Assembly (NCBI GenBank): GCA_038087875.1
Contig: CM075988.1
Span: forward strand, 21,764,001 to 21,828,000
DNA: 64,000 nt
Direction of reading: 5' to 3'
DNA from: Malacoraja senta
Lineage: Eukaryota
The translations under genes and the position numbers were made by a program. Every line of letters starts with the position of its first letter. Positions within the stretch are counted from its first letter, which is position 1. Of this stretch, positions 24,420 to 38,771 are shown piece after piece. The notes under the pieces were generated by a model that saw only the letters and a list, made by a program, of their open reading frames with translations, was not told the origin of the DNA and did not search any database.

Positions 24420-24730
24420 ATAATCATAATAATAATAATAGATTTTATTTATATAGCACTTTTCAGGACTCAAAGTCGCTTTCCATTAAGAGTCAGGAAT
24501 AAACAAAACAAAATAGAGCAGTAAGACAGAGATGCAAAGGGGAGGGGGACATGGGACTAAGGGTATGCAGAGGTGAAGAGATGGGTCTTGAGGCGGGACT
24601 GGAAGATGGTGAGGGACTCAGAATTTCAGACCGGTTGTGGGAGGGAATTCCAGAGCCTGGGAGCTGCCCTGGAGAAGGCTCGGCCTCCAAAAGTGCAGAG
24701 GTTTGATTTCGGAGTGGAGAGGAGACCTTG
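24420..24730 (-). mobile_element. L2-clade LINE 3' fragment
   Basis: Translation LLSTPKSNLCTFGGRAFSRAAPRLWNSLP; (ATT)n tail. Confidence 0.8.
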
Positions 24731-24894
24731 TGTTGTTCTGTCAGCGACACACATCCGTGCCAGCGATTCCCACGTCCCGTTAATGAATAAAGGAAGGCAT
24801 CGTACAGATGTGCTCCATGGAGACATGAGGAACTGCAGATGCTAGATTCTTCAGCAAAACTGCCTCCTAATCTGGCAGATTTTTGTCTCCTACA

Positions 24895-26410
24895 GTCATC
24901 GAGTGATACAGTGTGGAAACAGGCCCTTCCGGCCCAACTTGCCCACACCGGCCAACATGTCCCAACCACACTAGTGCCACCTGCCTATGTTTGGTCAATA
25001 TCCCTCCAAACCTGTCCTATCCATGTACCTGTCTAACTGTTTGGGATAGTCCCAGCCTCAACTAATTCCTCTGGCAGCTTGTTCCATGCACCCACCACCC
25101 TTTGTGTGAAAAAGTTATCCCTCAGATTCCTATTAAATCTTTTCCCCTGCACCTTGAACCTATGTCCTCTGGTCTTCGATTCCCCCACTCAGGGCAAGAG
25201 ACTCTATGCATCTACCCGATCTATTCCCCTTATGATTTTATACATGTCTCCTTTTCATCGCTGGTCTTTGTCCACACATAGTTCATGTTCATAAGTGATA
25301 GGAGCAGAATTAGGCCATTCGGGCCATCAAGCCTACTCCGCCATTCAATCATGGCTGATCTGTCTTTCCCTCTTGACCCTATTCTCTTGCCTTCTCCCCA
25401 TAACCCCTGACACCGGTCCTAATCAAAAATCTGTCAATCTCCACCTTATAAATGGCCATTGACTTGGCCTCCACAGACGTTCGTCTCACTTTCATCTCTG
25501 GACTCAGTCCACACACAGAGAGGATAGACAATCAGAACCCTTTCCCCCGGGGTGGAATTGTCCAGCTCAAGAGGGGGAAAGTTTAATAGAGATGCACGGG
25601 CAAGTTTTGTTTACACAGAGAGTGGTGGAAGCCTGGAACACATTGCCAGGAGTGGAGGTGGAGGCAGATACGATCGTGGCGTTTTAAGTTTTTAGATAGG
25701 CACCAGTTTAAGTGCAGGGAATAGAGGGATTATGGACCATGTACGGGCAGATGAGGTCAGTTGAGCTTGGCATCATGTTTGGCACGAACAATGTGGGCTG
25801 AAGGGCCCCTTCCCGTGCTGTACTCTTCAATGTTCTGTGTTCTATGATAGACAGTCAGGATAGACCTTATTGCCAGGATGGAGAAATCTAATACTGAAAG
25901 GCAGATTTGTGGGTTGTGAATCTGTGGAATTTTCTGCCTCAGGAGCCCAATTCTCTGGATGCTTTCAAGAGAGAGTTAGATAGAGTTAAAGATAGCGGAG
26001 TCAGGGGATATGGGGAGAAGGCAGGAACGGGGTACTGATTGTGGATGATCAGCCATGATCACAATGAATGGCGGGTGCTGGCTCAAAGGGCCGAATGGCC
26101 TACTCCTGCACCTATTATCTATTGTCTATTGTCTAGTTTTAAGGTGAGAGGGGCAAAGTTTAAAGGAGATGTGCAAGGCAAATTTTGTTAACACAAAAGG
26201 TGTCGAGTGCCTGGTACTGCCGGGGTTGGGGGTTGAGATAGACATGACTGTGGGATTTAAGAGGCTTTTGGATAGCTATGTGGATACGCAGGGAGTGGAG
26301 GGATATAGATTATGTGCAGGCTGGTTAGAGTTGGTCTTGGCATCATGTTCAGCACTGACATTGTGGGCCGAAGGGCCTGTTCCTGTGCTGTACTATTCTG
26401 TGTCCAACGT
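24895..26410. mobile_element. Cluster of CR1 3' fragments in both orientations
   Basis: Repeated CR1 3' UTR motifs (GGGCCGAAGGGCCTGTT, GGCCGAATGGCCTACTCC) and remnants of the C-terminal coding region. Confidence 0.8.
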
Positions 26411-27260
26411 GCTATATACTGATAAATTATCCTCCAAAATAAAAATAAAATATATTTAATGTTGAACCTGTATTACTTGATGTACCAAAGGGGAAATATT
26501 ATATTTAATACTTTCCTGCCCATAAGATGACATTTCCTGATTAACAGCATATCTCTATATCTCTAATTTCCCACTCCCCTTACTCTCAGTCTGAAGAAGG
26601 GTCTCGATCTGAAAAGTCACCTATTCCTTCTATCCAGAGATGCTGCCTGTCCTGCTGAGTTACACCAGTATTTTGTGTCTATCTTCAGTGTAAACCAGCA
26701 TCTGCAGTTCCTTAGATAGTCACAAAATGCTGGAGTAACTCAGCGGGACAGGCAGCATCTCTGGAGAGAAGGAATGGGTAACGTTTCGGGTCGAGAGCCT
26801 TCTTCAGATTCTGCAGTTGCTTCCCACATATAACAGCAGATTTTGTTTATAATTTATTTTCAATGTTAAATACAGATACTCAAATGGTTAATACAACAGA
26901 TTAAAGCTAATTTTCTCAAGAAATGCAGTGGAAAAAACACAATTAATCTCAGCAATAGTTAATTTAACCTTTATCAGATATTATTTGTCAGGATGCACAA
27001 AGGCTTCTGACGTCAGTCTGTTTCTGCAGGTGGTCCTTAGAAAGAGCAAACTGTACACAACAACATAATTCCTGCTTTGTAGACAACATCGGTTTCTGTT
27101 GAGAAAGCTTCCCCTGGGCTTACTCACTGCGCTCACTGTACTCTGGGCTCAATCACTGTCAAAAACAGTTTCCAGTTTATAAGCTTCAGTGCTTCCTTTC
27201 GTTATATTGGAAGATTTTTCAGCTGATCTCTTCAGATTTCAATCATGCACGTTGATATAT

Positions 27261-28142
<882 letters not shown>

Positions 28143-28360
28143 CAGTGGGGTGAGTTTTGTTGAATTAATGTTTCAACCATGTAGAAGGATTTTGCAAGAT
28201 AAGGGATGAAGATCTTTAAACTGGAATACAGTAACTGCATCTGTCAGCTTAGTAGACTTAACCCAATGTTGTTTTAGAGGCAGTGGCTTATCGATGCATA
28301 CGTTTGTCTTGTTGCTGTGCGTGAAGAGGAGAGGGGATACTAACGCTGTGCTGGCATGGT

Positions 28361-30476
28361 GAGGCGGAGAGAGAGAGGCAGAGAGAGAGAGAGGCAGAGA
28401 GAGAGAGGCAGAGAGAGAGAGGCAGAGAGAGAGAGGCAGAGAGAGAGAGGCAGAGAGAGAGAGGCAGAGAGAGAGGCAGAGAGAGAGGCAGAGCGAGAGG
28501 CAGAGCGAGAGGCAGAGAGAGAGGCAGAGAGAGAGGCAGAGAGGAGAGAGGCAGAGAGAGAGGCAGAGAGAGAGGCAGAGGCAGAGTGAGAGGCAGGGAG
28601 AGAGGCAGGGAGAGAGGCAGGGAGAGAGAGAGAGAGAGCGAGAGAGCGGGGCAGAGAGAGAGGCATAGAGAGAGGCAGAGAGAGAGAGGCAGAGAGAGAG
28701 AGAGGCAGAGAGAGAGAGAGGCAGAGAGAGAGAGAGGCAGAGAGAGAGAGGCAGAGAGAGAGAGAGGCAGAGAGAGAGAGAGAGAGAGAGAGGCAGAGAG
28801 AGAGAGAGAGGCAGAGAGAGAGAGAGGCAGAGAGAGAGAGAGGCAGAGAGAGAGAGGCAGAGAGAGAGAGGCAGAGAGAGTGAGGCAGAGAGAGAGAGGC
28901 AGAGAGAGAGAGGCAGAGAGGGGCAGAGAGAGAAAGAGGGGCAGAGAGAGAAAGAGGGGCAGAGAGAGAAAGAGGGGCAGAGAGAGAAAGAGGGGCAGAG
29001 AGAGAAAGAGGGGCAGAGAGAGAGAGGGGCAGAGAGAGCGAGAGGCAGAGAGAGCGAGAGGCAGAGAGAGAGAGAGGCAGAGAGAGAGAGAGGCAGAGAG
29101 AGAGAGAGGCAGAGAGAGAGAGAGGCAGAGAGAGAGAGAGGCAGAGGGAGAGAGGCAGAGAGAGAGAGGCAGAGAGAGAGAGGCAGAGAGAGAGAGGCAG
29201 AGAGAGAGAGGCAGAGAGAGAGAGGCAGAGAGAGAGAGGCAGAGAGAGAGAGGCAGAGAGAGAGAGGCAGAGAGAGAGAGGCAGAGAGAGAGAGGCAGAG
29301 AGAGAGAGGCAGAGAGAGAGAGGCAGAGAGAGAGAGGCAGAGAGAGAGAGGCAGAGAGAGAGAGGCAGAGAGAGAGAGGCAGAGAGAGAGAGAGGCGGAG
29401 AGAGAGAGAGGCGGAGAGAGAGAGAGGCGGAGAGAGAGAGAGGCGGAGAGAGAGAGAGGCGGAGAGAGAGAGAGGCGGAGAGAGAGAGGCAGAGAGAGAG
29501 GCAGAGAGAGAGGCAGAGAGAGAGGCAGAGAGAGAGGCAGAGAGAGAGGCAGAGAGAGAGGCAGAGAGAGAGGCAGAGAGAGAGGCAGAGGGAGAGGCAG
29601 AGAGAGAGGCAGAGAGAGAGGCAGAGAGAGAGGCAGAGAGAGAGGCAGAGAGAGAGGCAGAGAGAGAGGCAGAGAGAGAGGCAGAGAGAGAGGCAGAGGA
29701 GAGGCAGAGAGAGAGGCAGAGAGAGAGGCAGAGAGAGAGGCAGAGAGAGAGGCAGAGAGAGAGGCAGAGAGAGAGGCAGAGAGAGAGGCAGAGAGAGAAG
29801 CAGAGAGAGAGAGGCAGAGAGAGAGAGGCAGAGAGAGAGAGGCAGAGAGAGAGAGGCAGAGAGAGAGAGGCAGAGAGAGAGAGGCAGAGAGAGAGAGGCA
29901 GAGAGAGAGAGGCAGAGAGAGAGAGGCAGAGAGAGAGAGGCAGAGAGAGAGAGGCAGAGAGAGAGAGGCAGAGAGAGAGAGGCAGAGAGAGAGAGGCAGA
30001 GAGAGAGAGAGAGGCAGAGAGAGAGAGAGAGGCAGAGAGAGAGAGAGAGGCAGAGAGAGAGAGAGAGGCAGAGAGAGAGAGAGAGGCAGAGAGAGAGAGA
30101 GAGGCAGAGAGAGAGAGAGAGGCAGAGAGAGAGAGAGGCAGAGAGAGAGAGAGGCAGAGAGAGAGAGAGGCAGAGAGAGAGAGAGAGGCAGAGAGAGAGA
30201 GAGAGGCAGAGAGAGAGAGAGAGGCAGAGAGAGAGAGAGAGGCAGAGAGAGAGAGAGAGGCAGAGAGAGAGAGAGGCAGAGAGAGAGAGAGGCAGAGAGA
30301 GAGAAGCAGAGAGAGAGAGGCAGAGAGAGAGAGGCAGAGAGAGAGAGGCAGAGAGAGAGAGGCAGAGAGAGAGAGGCAGAGAGAGAGAGGCAGAGAGAGA
30401 GAGGCAGAGAGAGAGAGGCAGAGAGAGAGAGGTAGAGAGAGAGAGGCAGAGAGAGAGAGGCAGAGAGAGAGGGGCA
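28361..30476 (+). repeat. 2.1-kb polypurine repeat (GAGGCA + (GA)n, units 10-16 bp)
   Basis: Directly visible. Confidence 0.97.
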
Positions 30477-31909
30477 GTGAGGGAAAGATGGCAAGATTAG
30501 CAACAGCTGTGGTTAAGAGAAGCATTTAAAATGGAGAAGATCATTTAAGCCCTGGTCTCCTTGTTTACGTGTAGTTAATTGTTTTGTATTAAATGGTCAT
30601 TAAAACATAACCCAATGTCAGCACAGTTTAAGTACCAATACACTTTCTACAGATGGGAGCAAGCCCACCAATCTTTACGGACAGCTGCAATTAATAATAA
30701 TTAATAATTAATAATTATTCATTATAATAATACTGTAAATGGATCAATTGAAAAGCAAGTTTTGAGTACACCTCAAAAGACCACCCCTCAGCCTCCTAAG
30801 CTCCAAAGAAAAATGTCCCAACCTATCCAACCTCTTCTCCATAATTCAGATGTTCACAAAGAGCTGGAGTAACTCAGCGAGTCAGACAGCATCTCTGGAT
30901 TTGGTTTTGGTTCTACCTTTGGAGATACACCGTGGAAACAGGCCCTTCGGCCCACCGTGTCAGCGCCAACCAACAATCACCCCGTACACTAGTTCTATCC
31001 TACATACTAGGGACGATTTACAGAAGCTGACTAACCTACAAACCTGCAGGTCTTTGGAGTGCGGGAGGAAACCGGAGCACCCGGAGAAAACCCACGTGGT
31101 CAGGGGGAGAACGTGCAAACTCCATACAGACAGCTCCCCTAGTCAGGATTGAACTCGGGTCTCTGCCGCTGTAAAGCAGCAACTCTACCGTTTCGGGTCA
31201 GGACCCTTATTCAGTCTGAAGTCCCAACCTGAATCGTCACCCATCCTTTTTCTCCCGAGATGCTGCCTGACCCGCCGAGTTACTCCATCAGTTTGTGTCG
31301 ACCATCCGTATAAACCAGCATTTGCAGTTCCTCTCTACACCTCCCCCCACCATCCCAGCCCAGAGTCCAGATGAGTGTGGCACCAACATTTAACTTGTCT
31401 GACATCATTCACAAACTCTCGGACATTTATTCCATCAGGATCATTTCTCCCGAGGACCATGAGGAATGGTGCCTATTGTGTGCGCGTTATACAGGTCTTC
31501 CACAGTATTCCCAAATTTCCACAGCGAGCTTGAGTGTTTCCAGTTCCCTCCGCATACACTCCCTTCATTTAGGAGAAGGCAGGAAAATGGGATTAGGAGG
31601 CAGAGATCAGCCATGATTGAATGGCGGAGTAGACTCGATGGGCCGAATGGCCTAATTCTACTCCCCTAACTTGTGAACTTGTAAACGGTTTTGTATCAGC
31701 TGGAGTAACGCTGGAGTAACTCAGCGGGACACGCAGCGTCTCTGGCGCTGTAAGGCAGCAACGACCGCTGCTCCACCGTGCCGCCCTGAGGTATGGAAAA
31801 ATCTTAATGATCTGTAAGCAAATCGAATCCCATTGCACCTTGGTATGCGTGATAATGAAGAACTATTGATATTCTAAGCAGAATGAATTAACAACAGGGC
31901 ATTATTACA

Positions 31910-32235
31910 GGGCGGCACGGTGGCGCAGCGGTAGAGTTGCTGCCTTACAGCGCGTACAGCGCCAGAGACCCGGGTTCAAACCCGACTCTGGGTGCTGTCT
32001 GTACGGAGTTTGTACGTTCAACCCCGTGACCCTGTGGGTTTTTCTCCGGGATCATCGATTTCCTCCCACTCTACAAAGGCGTGCATGTTTGTAGGTTAAT
32101 TGACTTGGGTTTGTATACTTGGGATGAATGTTATTTGTCCCTAGTGTGTGTAGGGTTGTGTTAATGTGCTGGTCGGCACGGATTCGGCGGGCTGAAGGGC
32201 CTGTTTCCATGCTATATCTCTAAACTAAACTAAAC
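31910..32235 (+). mobile_element. Full-length tRNA-derived SINE
   Basis: GGGCGGCACGGTGGCGCAGCGG ... GGTTCAAACCC ... (CTAAA)n tail. Confidence 0.9.
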
Positions 32236-33462
32236 AAGGCTCAGTGGTGGTGAGTCTGCAGTCCTGATTGTAGGTGCCTGTCAGGCTGTGTTTGTAGCTG
32301 CAGTCAGCACGACGGCGAGATAGCTGTGCAAGGCCATGTTTACTATATGTGCAGATTGTACAGTATCTCCTCTGCAGCTCCTCCTCTGTGTAAAAGCCAT
32401 CTTCCATTCCGTACTCACACTGCCACCAACTGCCAGCTACCAAGGAGTGCAGTCAATCTCCCAACTCCATGTGTAGGAAGATGCACCAAAGATAGACACA
32501 AAATGCTGGAGTAACTCAGCGGGACCGGCAGCGTCTCTGGAGAGAAGGAATGGGAGACGTTTCGGGTGGAGACCCTTCTTCAGACTGGTTAGGGATAAGG
32601 GAAACGAGAGATATAAACAATGAAGTGGAGAGATAAAGAACAATGAATGATAGATAGATATGCAAAAATGTAATGATGAAAAGGAAACAAGCAATTGTTT
32701 GTTGGGTGAAAACGAGACGCTAGTGCGACTTGGGTGAGCGAGGGATAGAGAGATGGAATTACTTGCCTGGAATGGACTGGCAGTCTTGCTTTTCTGGGCC
32801 TGTGTTAAACCTCTGAAGACCATAGGAAGCAGCTTCCTCTGCTGGCTCCAGCGATTAATTGCAGTACGAATTTATACCTTCACAGGAGGCAAAAGACAAA
32901 ATGCTGGGTGGGGGAACCCAGGGCGCCAGGCAGCATGGAACTGCAGATGCTGGTTTATACTAAAGATAGACGCAAAGTGCTGGAGTAACTCAGAGAGTCG
33001 GGCAGCATCTCTGGAGAAAACGGACGGGTGCCGTTTCGGGTCGGGACCCTTCTTCAGACTCAGTCGGCATGGTGGGGATATGTAACGAACGGTCAGAGGC
33101 AGCGACTACACTCCAAATACATACAGGTTTATAGGTTGATTGGCTTGGGTAAAATTGTCAATTGTACCCTATTGTGTAGGATAGTGCCAGTTGGGGGATC
33201 GCTGGTCAGCATGGACTCGGTGAGCCAAAAAGTCTGTTTCTATGCTGTATCTCTAAAGTCAAAAGACTACTGCTGCCCTGACCACTAGGCAGCAACTGTG
33301 GATTTAAAGAACGTTGTCCATTGCTGCCACAGCCCTCTAACATTACAGCAGACATGGAAATATTGTCAATGTGCGGAGGCAGTGTTTATTGTACACATCG
33401 TCAGTGCCATCCGAATGTTGTCCATTGAGGACCATGCTTGCAAACAAGTGGTGCTGCTGCAA

Positions 33463-33905
33463 GTAAGTTCACAAGTTCACAAGTTCTAGGAGTAGAATTA
33501 GGCCATTCGGCCCATCGAGTCCACTCCACCATTCAATCATGGCTGATCTCTGCCTCCTAATCCCATTTTCCTGCCTTCTCCCCATAATACTCGACACCCG
33601 TTCTAATCAAGAATCTGTCTATCTCTGTCTCAAAAATATCCATGGACTTGGCCTCCACAGCCCTCTGTGGCAATGAGTTCCACAGATGAACTACCCTCTG
33701 ACTAAAGAAGTTCCTCCTCACCTCCTTTCTAAAAGAGCACCCTTTAACTCTGAGGTTACAACCTCTGGCCCTAGACTCTCCCACCAGTGGAAACATCCTT
33801 TCCACATCCACTCTATCCATGCCTTTCATTATCCTGTAGATTTCGATGAGGTCCCCCCTCAACCTTCTAAACTCCAGCGAGTCGAGGCCCAGTGCTGTCA
33901 AATGC
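33463..33905 (-). mobile_element. CR1 LINE 3' fragment
   Basis: ORF 33557-33982 LGLDSLEFRRLRGDLIEIYRIMKG...; (AAGTTCAC)n tail. Confidence 0.9.
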
Positions 33906-33921
33906 TCTAAACACTCTAGAA

Positions 33922-34156
33922 CAGGGGGTTCCCAACCTTTCTCGTCCCTTTCACCCGTGGCAACTTTAATAGCACGTAACAATGTTATTTCACTTATTTA
34001 TGAACAACTAATGATGAATAGATACCGATATACCAGAACCAAACACAGTCAGTCAATGAGAAGAAATATGTACAAATACACAATCAACAATTTTACCCCC
34101 TGGGTAGGTCAAATTTTCCCTCCGGGGGTAAATTTACCCCAGGCTGGGAACCCTTG
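33922..34156. mobile_element. hAT (Charlie-like) MITE
   Basis: Ends CAGGGGGTTCCCAACC / GGCTGGGAACCCTTG; flanks CTCTAGAA / CCCTAAAA (6/8 match, TCTAGA-type target). Confidence 0.65.
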
Positions 34157-34502
34157 CCCTAAAAGTAAAAATTTCAATGGTCCGTTTAGTTATTTACGAC
34201 AATTAGACACTCGTGGCGGTCGTCACTGACTGGAGCTACGCAGAGATGCTGTGATCTCTATTGGTGTTGCCGGAGGGCAGAGGTGGAGAAGAGTGAGTGT
34301 AAGAGAGGCTGTGTGTGCCACTTAATCAGTGACGTGGTGACACACCAGACCCCAGCTACTGGAATCCGCTGAGTTCCTCGGGCAGGCTGCTTGTCGCTCT
34401 ACTTAATCAGTGTGCTGTTGGTAATGCTATGGGTGTTATTCTCATTGAGTCGCAGAGGTTGTAGGTTGCATTTATAATTCCGTTCTTTTTACTAAGAGAG
34501 AG

Positions 34503-34810
34503 CCACGGTGGCGCAGCGGTAGAGTTGTTGCCTTACAGCGCTTACCAGCGCCAGAGACCCAGGTTCGATCCCGACTACTGGTGCTGTCTGTGTGGAGTTT
34601 GTACGTTCTCCCCGTGACCGCGTGGGTTTTCTCCGAGATCTTCGGATTCCTCCCACACTCCAAAGACGCGCAGGTATGGAGGTTAATTGGCTTGGTACAA
34701 ATGTAAAATTGCCCCTAGTGTGTGTAGGATAGTGTTTATGCGAAAGGACTGTTGGTCGTGCGACTCGGTGGGCCAAAGTGCCTGTTTCCACGCTGTATCT
34801 CTAAACTAAA
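34503..34810 (+). mobile_element. Full-length tRNA-derived SINE
   Basis: A/B boxes, body and tail as in the other copies. Confidence 0.9.
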
Positions 34811-35042
34811 TTTGCTCCACTGAACCAGGAGAAGGAGACTTCCAGTCGATGAAAGTGGGGGCAGAGATGAAGTCCGTGATGGCTTTCCTTGGCCACACTG
34901 CCCTTTGGCTAAATATTGAGGACTCCTTTAGATCATTTGGGATATCCAGTAAGCCCGATATACTGAAGTCGCTGGTATTACTGAAATGAGGGACATGGAG
35001 AGAGTTTCAGCTGCAGCTGGGTGAGTATTTGATGCCACTACC

Positions 35043-35460
35043 CATTCCCACACTGACCTTTCTGTCCTGGGCCTCCTCCACTGTCAGAGTGAAGCCACAC
35101 GCAAATTGAAGGAACAGCACCTCATATTTCGCTTGGGCAGCTTACACCCCAGTGGTATGAACATTCAAGTAACCCTTGCATTCCTCCCTTCTCCATCCCT
35201 CCCCCACCCTAGTCGTCCTGCTAATTTCACTGTTCATATCCCTTTGTTCTCACCTCTTCCACAGCCAACAATGCACCATTGTGGGCTCCACCTTTCCTGA
35301 GTCATTGGTGCCGACTCCGATTTGTACTGTACCTTTTCCTTCCTCTTGTTTCCCTCTCCCCTGACTCTCGGTCTGAGGAGGGGTCTCAATCCGAAACGTC
35401 ACCCGTTCCTTCTCTCCAGAGATGCTGCCTGTCTCGCTGAGTTACTCCAGCATTCTGTGT
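35043..35460 (+). mobile_element. Penelope-like element 3' fragment (GIY-YIG C-terminus, 3' UTR, terminal repeat)
   Basis: 35043-35165 translates to HSHTDLSVLGLLHCQSEATRKLKEQHLIFRLGSLHPSGMNI, matching the R-x-x-x-E...L-x-P-x-G-x-N end of PLE GIY-YIG endonucleases. Confidence 0.85.
35370..35403 (+). ncRNA. Minimal hammerhead ribozyme motif in the PLE terminal repeat
   Basis: GGT-CTGAGGA-G-[stem II, imperfect here]-GAAAC-GTC-ACC. Confidence 0.55.
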
Positions 35461-35749
35461 CCTCTGGCAAGTGATAGGTGGATACAGGTGACAGAGGGGA
35501 GGGGTTGAAAAATGCATTGAAAGCTAACCTGCCACAAACAAAACGACATAAAATGCATCTGTAACACTGTAGAAGAACCCAAGGTTGTCCACATTTAAAA
35601 TAAAGCAAAGCAGAATAAAAAAATTATCGAGAGAGTGATTAATTTCTTTCTCCTACCTTCTGGACAAGTTGTGTGGATAATATTTAATTACCATCTCTCA
35701 ACACACATACGCCCAGGACTGAGACTGCTTTTCGCATGTGGGCTGCAAG

Positions 35750-35763
35750 GTTGCTATGGCGAC
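35750..35763. promoter_or_regulatory. RFX X-box in a CpG-retaining unique segment
   Basis: GTTGCTATGGCGAC. Confidence 0.5.
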
Positions 35764-37003
35764 GGTGCAGGCCCCTGACCCTGCTGTTTCCTGCTGCTCG
35801 TTACGGAGATATTTCCTCGGCGATCTCTTGGCGCGAGACGCGGTCAATGGGCTCGGAAACCAGCGCAAGAGTCAGTCACACTCTGGGTCCTGAGGGATGG
35901 AAGACACTAAATATCCAGCAAGATATCAAACAAGCAAGGGCCTGGTAATTGCTAGGAAGCAGCGCAGTCAAACAGGCAAATATTTAAAGATCCTGCCTGC
36001 CCAGGGAACCATGTACTGCTGGAAAAGTTAATCATCTCAGCATCGAATTAGGGGTGGAAGCAATTCTCGTGATAAGCAGCCTAACGTAGAGACAGGCCTT
36101 AACAACAAGCGACCGTGTTTAGAAGGATGAGGGGGGGGACCTCATTGAAAGTTATCGAATAGTGAAAGGCCTGGATAGAGTGGATGCAGAGACGATGTTT
36201 CCACTGGTGTGGGAGAGTCTAGGACCAGAGTCATAGCCTCAGAATTAAAGAATGTTCCTTTAGGAAGGAAATGAGGAGGAATTTTTTAGTCAGAAGGTGG
36301 TGAATCTGTGGAATATTGTTGCTACGGAAGGCTGTGGATCGAGACTCTTCTTCACAATTATAAATATTTTTTTTTAAATACAAGGGTTAATTTTGGTTGA
36401 ATAAGGGTGAACGAGAGAATCTTCATTTCATGGAAAGAAAACTAATCAAAGTGATTTGAAGGTGATGTTAATAAAAAAAATGGTGACCTCAATTAACTGT
36501 GTTTCTCATTCCCTCTGCTGAATTAACATCAATATTTTTGGGATCGGGTTTTAAATAGGAATATGCTTTTTTTTATAAATGTGTTACTGGCAAAACCACC
36601 AACTCTTATTGCCAAGTCACTTGAAAACTCATTCTTCTCAATTACCTGTGAGGGATAGGATAAAATGAAAGACTTTTATTATGGTCGCCTAACTGTAGGA
36701 TTATGGAGTTTGATTCCGAGTTCGCACTTAATTTATTGTCACGTGTACCGAGGTACAGTGAAAAGCTTTTGTTGAGTGTTAACCAGTCAGCGGAAAGACT
36801 ACACATGGTTGCAATCGAGCAGTCCACAGTGTACAGATACATGATAAGGGGAATAACGTGAATAAATGTTGCTGTCAGAGTAGAGGTTTAAAAGAGTGGA
36901 GCGATTGTAATGCATGTTTGCAGTTCCACTTGTGGGACCAGCACACAAAGAGTCGCCTGGCTTGGACGCAATCTTGGTCCTGTATTATTGCTAAGGTGAT
37001 TTT

Positions 37004-37476
37004 TCCCAGAACACTGATACAATCATAAAGAAAGCACATCAGCGCCTCTACTTCCTGAGAAGATTACAGAGAGTCGGTATGTCAAGGAGGACTCTCTCGA
37101 ACTTCTGCAGGTGCACAGTAGAGAGCATGCTGACCGGTTGCATCGTGGCTTGGTACGGCAACCTGAGCGCCCTGGAGAGGAAAAGACTACAAAAAGTTGT
37201 AACCACTGCCCAGTCCATCATCGGCTCTGACCTCCCTACCATCGAGGGGAGCTATCGCAGTCGCTGCCTCAAAAAGGCTGCCAGTATCATCAAGGACCCA
37301 CACCATCCTGGCCACACACTCATCTCTCCACTGCCATCAGGTAGAAGGTACAGGAGCCTGAAATCTGCAACATCCAGGTTCAGGAACAGCTCCTTCCCCA
37401 CAGTCATCAGACTATTAAACACAACTTCAAACAAACTCTGAACTGTAACAGCCTATTGCACTTTATCTGTTTATTG

Positions 37477-37508
<32 letters not shown>

Positions 37509-37638
37509 TCTATGGTATATGGACACACTGATTGGTTCTGTATTTATGCCTACAATATCCTGTTGTGTTGAAGCAAAGCAAGAATTTCATTGTCCTATCT
37601 GGGACACATGACAATACACTCTCTTGAATCTTGAATCT
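37004..37638 (+). mobile_element. Rex1/Babar-type LINE 3' fragment
   Basis: KKAHQRLYFLRRL...TVESMLTGCIVAWYGN...PLPSGRRYRSLK...RFRNSSFPTVIRLLN; (CTTGAAT)n tail. Confidence 0.9.
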
Positions 37639-38771
37639 TTCTCTGTAGTCACTGCAATATCAAAATAACAATGTATTCTGGAGACTTCACATGGAGAGTT
37701 TCAACATGGATATCAGAAGATGCCTCTAGTTAACGCAGAATATAGAACATCACAGCACGGGAACAGGCCCTTCGGCCCCCAATGCTGTACCAAACTTGAT
37801 GCCAAGACCAACTCTTATCTACCTGCACATGATCCATATACCTCCATATCCATTTGCATACCTTTAGTTTAGTTTAGAGATACAGCGCGGAAACAAACCC
37901 TTCGGCCCACCGAGTCCACGCCGACCTGCGATCTCCGCACATTAACACTCTCCTACACACACTAGGGACAATTTACACATACACCAAGCCAATTAATCTA
38001 CAAACCTTTACGTCTTTGGAGTGTGGGAGGAAACCGAAGAGCTCGGAGGAAACCCACGCAGGTCACGGGGAGAACGTACAAACTCCATACAGTCTCTCAA
38101 ATGCAACTAATATATCTATCTCCAGCATCCCACTGAGCAGTGCGTTCCAGACACCCACCAGCATCTGTGTAAACACTTGCCCCGCGTATCTCCTTTAAAC
38201 TTTGCCCCTCTCACCTTAAAGCTGTGCCCTCGTATCATTTGATTCTTCCATCCGGGGCAAAACGGTTCTGACTGTCTTCCCTATCTATGCCTCTCATAAT
38301 TGTACATGCTTCTATCCAGACTGCCCGCAACCTCCAACGTTTGATGTTGCTCTCTGCTCTTGCATTGTAGAGAGCTCTTCTGCAGCCTTCTCCAGCATAG
38401 TCTGCAGAATGGATGACAATTGTAGCTATTAAACCATTTCCACCATGAAATATGCTAACTATGTTGCACTGTGTTACATGATGTATAAGTGTGCATTTAA
38501 TGGCATACCTTAATAAATGCATTATATCCTCTCTGGCTTCAACACTAATCTTATATCTTATGCTAGATTGGCATGGAAATGCACATGTAACTGGACAATT
38601 TACCCACTGATCTGTTAATCCCATCAAACCTCACACCATGTTTTATTGCAGACTAAGACACCATTAGAATCATAAATGCAAATAGTGCCTGACAAGTTAT
38701 ATAGTGTGTTGATAGCTATACATAACTGATATTTCACACGTTACCAAATGAACTGTAGGAATCACATTAGG

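Noticed and set aside
28173..30529. 647-776 aa ORFs on both strands
   Set aside because: Translations of the GA-rich repeat; no start or splice context, no domain.
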